From Lingula anatina (taxonomy: Eukaryota > Animalia > Brachiopoda): 64,000 nucleotides of DNA. How positions within the stretch are numbered: position 1 is the first letter of the stretch; the number at the start of each line of letters is the position of its first letter. Under the pieces are notes generated by a model, which was given only the letters and a program-made list of their open reading frames with translations, made no database searches and was not told the origin of the DNA. The DNA is taken from assembly GCA_051362555.1 (NCBI GenBank), contig CM120649.1, forward strand, positions 16,382,567 to 16,446,566, read 5' to 3'. Below, in pieces: positions 63,378 to 64,000 of the stretch. A program made the translations under genes and the position numbers.

Positions 63378-64000
63378 AGTTTCACTCTACTGATCTAAAT
63401 GTAAGCCCTTACCATCCCATAAATAATTCAAAAGTATTCACAAAAGCATGAAGTTCGAAATAAATGATGCTTTTCGAGTTTCCTGTTTCACGCTACTGAT
63501 CTCCTATAAGCCCTTACCATCCTATAAACAATTCAAAAGTATTCACAAAAGCATAAAGTTTGAAATAAATGATGCTTTTCGAGCTTCTGGTTTCACACTA
63601 CTGATCTAACGTAAGCCCTCACCATATTGATAATGGTTTATTTGGGTTCAAAGCCGAGTGACTGTGGCAGTACTCTATTCAAACATACTTGAATGAAGAA
63701 AGTATAAGATGTGTTGCCATTCATTGTGTGTGAGAGTTATCTTCCAGAGATTCTCAGCAGAAAGTAAAAAAGGTACACATGAAAAAATGTTATTTTGACT
63801 AGCAATTGGTAATAAATATCTGAATGAAATTGAATAAAGCAACCTTTTTAGATTTTGGAACTGAGATGGGAGTTTTGTTGTTTTGGTTAACATGTCCATT
63901 GCTGATATCATCCCATAAACAATTCAAAGGTAATTACAAAAGCATGAAGTTTACAATGAATAATGATGCTTTTAGAGCTACAGGTTTCACAATACTGATC
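63378..64000. repeat. About 105-bp tandem repeat interrupted by a roughly 280-bp insert; continues off the window
   Basis: gtttcac.ctactgatct..taagcccttaccat..attcaaaagtattcacaaaagcat at about 63380, 63485 and 63590, resuming at about 63908. Confidence 0.75.

Overview
AT-rich, intron-containing animal genomic DNA, probably a marine invertebrate (lophotrochozoan-like by inference); it is not prokaryotic. The window holds two adjacent minus-strand tandem gene arrays. I reconstructed them exon by exon from GT-AG sites, and all exon phases sum in frame. Array A (1213-29519) has three paralogous cell-surface receptor genes built from phase-1 modules. A1 is signal-CTL-CTL-CUB-CUB-mucin-sushi, with its 3' end off-window. 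A2 is signal-CTL-mucin-sushi-sushi-TM. A3 is signal-CTL-CUB-CUB-mucin-sushi-sushi-TM. A2 appears to have lost the four-exon CUB cassette through an 11-bp direct repeat that is still visible in A3. Array B (32887-58859) has two paralogous 13-exon genes for secreted proteins of about 530 aa. Each has a PAN/apple-like N-terminus and three tandem CTHRC1-type C-terminal domains, with no collagen helix. The rest is transposon-rich: an OTU-protease-carrying TIR element, a Tc1 foldback, a truncated Rex1/Babar-like LINE, Harbinger-type elements (one with an empty site in the paralog), MITEs, a Helentron/HINE-like element and tandem repeats. Domain calls rest on motif recognition only; no searches were run.
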